Virus record (IMG/VR): IMGVR_UViG_2698536312_000010
From: a virus
Lineage: Duplodnaviria; Heunggongvirae; Uroviricota; Caudoviricetes
Direction: 5' to 3' (one strand)
Length of the DNA stretch: 8,860 bases
Shown: positions 6,165 through 8,860 of the stretch, in pieces
How positions within the stretch are numbered: the stretch's first letter is position 1
Layout: each line of letters starts with the position of its first letter
The notes under the pieces: model-generated
What the model saw: the letters and a program-made list of their open reading frames with translations, nothing else
The model's database searches: none
Told to the model about the DNA's origin: nothing
Position numbers and translations under genes: made by a program

Positions 6165-6182
6165 TCCCGGCCGGGAGGATTC

Positions 6183-8036
6183 ATGGCATTTAAACACTAT
6201 GACGTGGTCAGGGCGGCATCGCCGTCAGACCTTGCGAAACGACTGACACAAAAACTGAAGGAGGGCTGGCAGCCGTTTGGTAGTCCGGTGGCCATAACCC
6301 CTTATACCCTGATGCAGGCGATTGCAGCAGAAGGTGATGTGGTCGTCAGTGGTGCAACTGAGCCGGAGTGGTACTACGTCATCGTACTGGCCGGGCAATC
6401 CAATGCCATGGCTTACGGTGAAGGTCTTCCGCTTCCGGATTCATACGATGCGCCCCATCCGCGCATTAAGCAACTGGCCCGTCGTAACACAGTGACTCCC
6501 GGTGGTGAAGTATGCGTATTTAACGACATCATTCCTGCTGACCATTGTCTGCATGATGTTCAGGATATGAGTACGATTAACCATCCCCGGGCTGACCTGA
6601 GCAAAGGGCAGTACGGCTGTGTCGGACAGGGCTTACATATTGCCAAAAAACTGCTTCCGTATATCCCTAATAATGCGGGGATCCTGCTGGTACCATGCTG
6701 TCGTGGTGGTTCGGCATTCACCCAGGGCACGGAGGGGACATTCAGCGAGTCCACGGGGGCCAGTCAGGATTCGGCTCGCTGGGGAGTGGGTAAGCCGTTA
6801 TATCAGGATCTGCTTTTCCGCACGAAGGCAGCATTGCAGAAAAACCCGAAAAACGTTTTGCTGGCGATATGCTGGATGCAGGGGGAATTCGATATGACGA
6901 ATGCCAGTTACGCCCAGCAGCCAGCAGCATTTCTTGCAATGGTACAGCAGTTCCGTGCTGACCTTGCCGGGCTGGCGGCGCAGTGTCACGGTGGAAGTCC
7001 GGCATCAGTCCCCTGGATTTGTGGCGACACGACATACGCGTGGAAACAAGAACACGGTACGCAATATGAAGTGGTATATGGTGCATATAAAGGTAAAGAA
7101 TCCCAGCAGATTTATTTTGTTCCCTTTATGACCGATGGTAGCGGAGTTAATACACCGACAAACAACCCGTCAGAAGATCCTGATATTGCCGGGTCTGGTT
7201 ATTACGGTTCGGCATCCCGAACGAACAAAAACTGGGTATCATCAAATCGCCCGACGCATTTCAGCTCATGGGCGCGTCGTGGCATTATTCCCGATCGTAT
7301 GGCAACTGCTATTCTGAACGTAGCCGGTCGCACCTTAGCCTTCATTAGTGGTAAGGCACCGGAAATCAAACCCTCGCCCGGCGGCGACACGCCATCGGGG
7401 CCGTCTGAAGATGCATCCATACGCACAATCTCCCTGTTGCCGACAGCCGGAGACGCTGCTGCGCAGGGCTGGAGCATTAAGAATGGCGGAGTTCAGTTGT
7501 CAGATGGTGTATTTAAGATCACCAAGCAGAGCAATAAAGCCTGGTCCCTGACGCGCCCGGTGGATGACGCAGTCTCCCTGCTGACACGGGGTGGCAGACT
7601 GAGCTGTAAGTTTCGACTGTCAGGCGCACTGACCACCAACCAGTTCGGTCTGGGAATTTATCTGTATACCGATGTAGCGTTACCTGACGTCGTGGCGATG
7701 ACCGGGACTGGTAACCCGTTCCTGATGTCGTTCTTCACCCAGACCACAGACGGCAAACTGAATCTGATGCATCACAAGAAAGCAGGAAACACAAAGTTGG
7801 GCGAGTTCGGGAATTACAGTAACGACTGGCTGACGCTGGAGCTGGTGTTCACCGCCGGCAGTGCCACGGTTACTCCGAAACTGAATGGAGTGGCTGGCCC
7901 GGCATTCCAGGTCATAAAAGACAGTCTGACACTGGGGCTGAATGCGCTGACGCTGACGGATATTACCAAAAATGCAGCGTATGGCGTTGAGATAGAAAGT
8001 CTGGTGCTGGAGATAAATGCACCGGCATCATCATAA
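6183..8036 (+). CDS. nanS-p: Prophage sialate O-acetylesterase, NanS-p type (DUF1737 N-terminus plus SASA/SGNH esterase domain)
   Basis: 617 aa. The N-terminus MAFKHYDVVRAASPSDLAKRLTQKLKEGWQPFGSP matches the DUF1737-type start and VLAGQSNAMAYG carries the GQSN catalytic-serine motif of SASA esterases, both from memory. GGGAGGA sits upstream of the ATG. Position between the toxin-cargo slot and holin S is the canonical one in 933W-like phages. In-frame upstream sequence is open into the gap, so the true start could lie within it. Confidence 0.88.
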   Translation: MAFKHYDVVRAASPSDLAKRLTQKLKEGWQPFGSPVAITPYTLMQAIAAEGDVVVSGATEPEWYYVIVLAGQSNAMAYGEGLPLPDSYDAPHPRIKQLARRNTVTPGGEVCVFNDIIPADHCLHDVQDMSTINHPRADLSKGQYGCVGQGLHIAKKLLPYIPNNAGILLVPCCRGGSAFTQGTEGTFSESTGASQDSARWGVGKPLYQDLLFRTKAALQKNPKNVLLAICWMQGEFDMTNASYAQQPAAFLAMVQQFRADLAGLAAQCHGGSPASVPWICGDTTYAWKQEHGTQYEVVYGAYKGKESQQIYFVPFMTDGSGVNTPTNNPSEDPDIAGSGYYGSASRTNKNWVSSNRPTHFSSWARRGIIPDRMATAILNVAGRTLAFISGKAPEIKPSPGGDTPSGPSEDASIRTISLLPTAGDAAAQGWSIKNGGVQLSDGVFKITKQSNKAWSLTRPVDDAVSLLTRGGRLSCKFRLSGALTTNQFGLGIYLYTDVALPDVVAMTGTGNPFLMSFFTQTTDGKLNLMHHKKAGNTKLGEFGNYSNDWLTLELVFTAGSATVTPKLNGVAGPAFQVIKDSLTLGLNALTLTDITKNAAYGVEIESLVLEINAPASS

Positions 8037-8121
8037 AAAGTGAGCCAGCCAAATGGAAGGTATCGTTAAACTCACCGGTAGTGTCAGTGGGTCGTCTGAG
8101 ATGCCTGCATGAGTTATCAGA

Positions 8122-8151
8122 GCCATCAGTACTTAACTGGTGGCTTTTTTT
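8122..8151 (+). terminator. Intrinsic terminator between nanS-p and the holin gene
   Basis: Stem GCCATCAG (8122-8129), loop TACTTAA, stem CTGGTGGC (8137-8144) with one G-U pair, then T7 (8145-8151). Confidence 0.5.
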
Positions 8152-8186
8152 ATTGTTGTCAGCTTCCGGATAACGGGAGACGGGGT

Positions 8187-8402
8187 ATGTACCAGATGGA
8201 AAAAATCACAACAGGTGTGTCATACACCACGTCAGCGGTGGGAACGGGCTACTGGTTCCTGCAGTTGCTGGACAGGGTTTCCCCGTCTCAGTGGGCGGCA
8301 ATAGGCGTGCTGGGGAGTCTGCTGTTTGGGCTGCTGACATATCTGACTAACCTGTATTTCAAAATCAGAGAGGACCGTCGTAAGGCTGCACGGGGAGAGT
8401 AA
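8187..8402 (+). CDS. S: Class II holin (pinholin), phage 21 S21-like, with dual-start motif
   Basis: Product [71 protein letters not shown] resembles S21 as I recall it. Two Met codons (8187 and 8196) give the Met1/Met4 antiholin/holin arrangement. GGGAGA lies 6 nt upstream. The six-frame ORF starting at 8109 is an upstream extension that runs through the terminator. Confidence 0.85.
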   Translation: MYQMEKITTGVSYTTSAVGTGYWFLQLLDRVSPSQWAAIGVLGSLLFGLLTYLTNLYFKIREDRRKAARGE

Positions 8403-8406
8403 TTCA

Positions 8407-8721
8407 ATGACTCAAAACTATGAACTGATTGTGAAAGGGATCCGCAATTTTGAGAATAAAGTTACGGTAACTTTAGCGTTACGGGACAAAAAACGCTTTG
8501 ACGGTGAAATTTTTGACCTGGACATCTCGCTGGACCGTGTTGAAGGTGCCGCGCTGGAGTTTTATGAGGCAGCAGCCAGAAGGAGCATCAGACAGGTCTT
8601 CCTGGATGTTGCTGCCGGGTTATGTGAAGGGGACGAGCTGTTGCCAGAAACGCGCCCCTGTTCAGAGGCGCGGTATACCATAAAAATTAACAGTTCTGAT
8701 AACTCGATTACGGGTTGTTAG
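8407..8721 (+). CDS. Small hypothetical protein (104 aa) inserted between holin and endolysin; YdfR-like by position and size
   Basis: GGAG 9 nt upstream of ATG 8407. A roughly 103-aa ORF of unknown function sits between the holin and lysozyme genes in Qin-type cassettes (ydfR), from memory; sequence identity is not verified. Confidence 0.55.
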   Translation: MTQNYELIVKGIRNFENKVTVTLALRDKKRFDGEIFDLDISLDRVEGAALEFYEAAARRSIRQVFLDVAAGLCEGDELLPETRPCSEARYTIKINSSDNSITGC

Positions 8722-8776
8722 CTTTTTGCAGTTGGCTTTCCAGTATCTTTCATTGGTAGCATCCTGATAAATATCC

Positions 8777-8860
8777 ATGAGCGCAAAAATCAAATACGGC
8801 CTGTCAGCTGCTGTTCTGGCGCTGATTGCAAAATGGCATCTGAATCGATCGCAGTTTGGC
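8777..8860 (+). CDS. R: Start of the probable endolysin gene (partial; runs off the window end)
   Basis: MSAKIKYGLSAAVLALI resembles the N-terminus of E. coli prophage lysozymes (M-AKI-YGLSAAVLAL) as I recall it. Only 28 codons are visible, there is no clear Shine-Dalgarno, and the sequence after LALI departs from what I remember. Confidence 0.4.
   Translation, partial: MSAKIKYGLSAAVLALIAKWHLNRSQFG

Noticed and set aside
3722-6182. Shiga toxin genes stxA/stxB
   Set aside because: No ORF in the slot resembles StxA or StxB in length or sequence; the prophage appears stx-negative in this window, though gaps leave some sequence unseen.
5832-6197. Three ORFs consisting mostly of X residues
   Set aside because: Artefacts of translating the 191-N run.
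6560-7551. Several 60-114 aa ORFs on both strands inside nanS-p
   Set aside because: All overlap the 617-aa esterase frame, which has recognisable motifs; alternative-frame noise.
8109-8186. Upstream extension of the holin ORF to an ATG at 8109
   Set aside because: The extension runs through an intrinsic terminator and lacks a ribosome-binding site; the start at 8187 has one and gives the canonical pinholin N-terminus.
8498-8683. 61-aa alternative-frame ORF inside the 104-aa ORF
   Set aside because: Overlaps a better-supported frame with a ribosome-binding site; arginine/proline-rich product typical of an off-frame reading.
1-8860. CRISPR arrays, IS elements, integrase or att sites
   Set aside because: No regularly spaced short direct repeats, terminal inverted repeats or transposase/integrase-like ORFs were seen; the only repeats are the sRNA-like family and the Q duplication.

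Overview
This window is the late-regulatory and lysis region of a lambdoid prophage with the gene order of enterohaemorrhagic E. coli Stx-converting phages, read from sequence alone with no database search. On the + strand it runs: translationally coupled nin-region genes (partial ORF, small ORF, rusA, Q antiterminator), a pR'/tR'-like late promoter and terminator, a small ORF, a beta-class DNA methyltransferase, tRNA-Ile2(CAU) and tRNA-Arg(UCU), a roughly 2.4 kb cargo slot, a nanS-p-type sialate O-acetylesterase, and the start of a lysis cassette (S21-like pinholin, YdfR-like ORF, endolysin start). No stxA/stxB-like genes are present at the position where Stx phages carry them. That slot instead holds AT-rich DNA with uncharacterised ORFs and three copies of a roughly 160-230 nt repeat that looks like a small-RNA gene (conserved 5' hairpin, variable core, intrinsic terminator). 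The repeat family and its neighbours are the most interesting part of the window, though they may correspond to already-described prophage sRNAs. The sequence is a draft scaffold with three N-runs (1096-1099, 5237-5248, 5974-6164); the first splits the Q gene with a diverged 190-bp duplicate, and the other two coincide with repeat copies.
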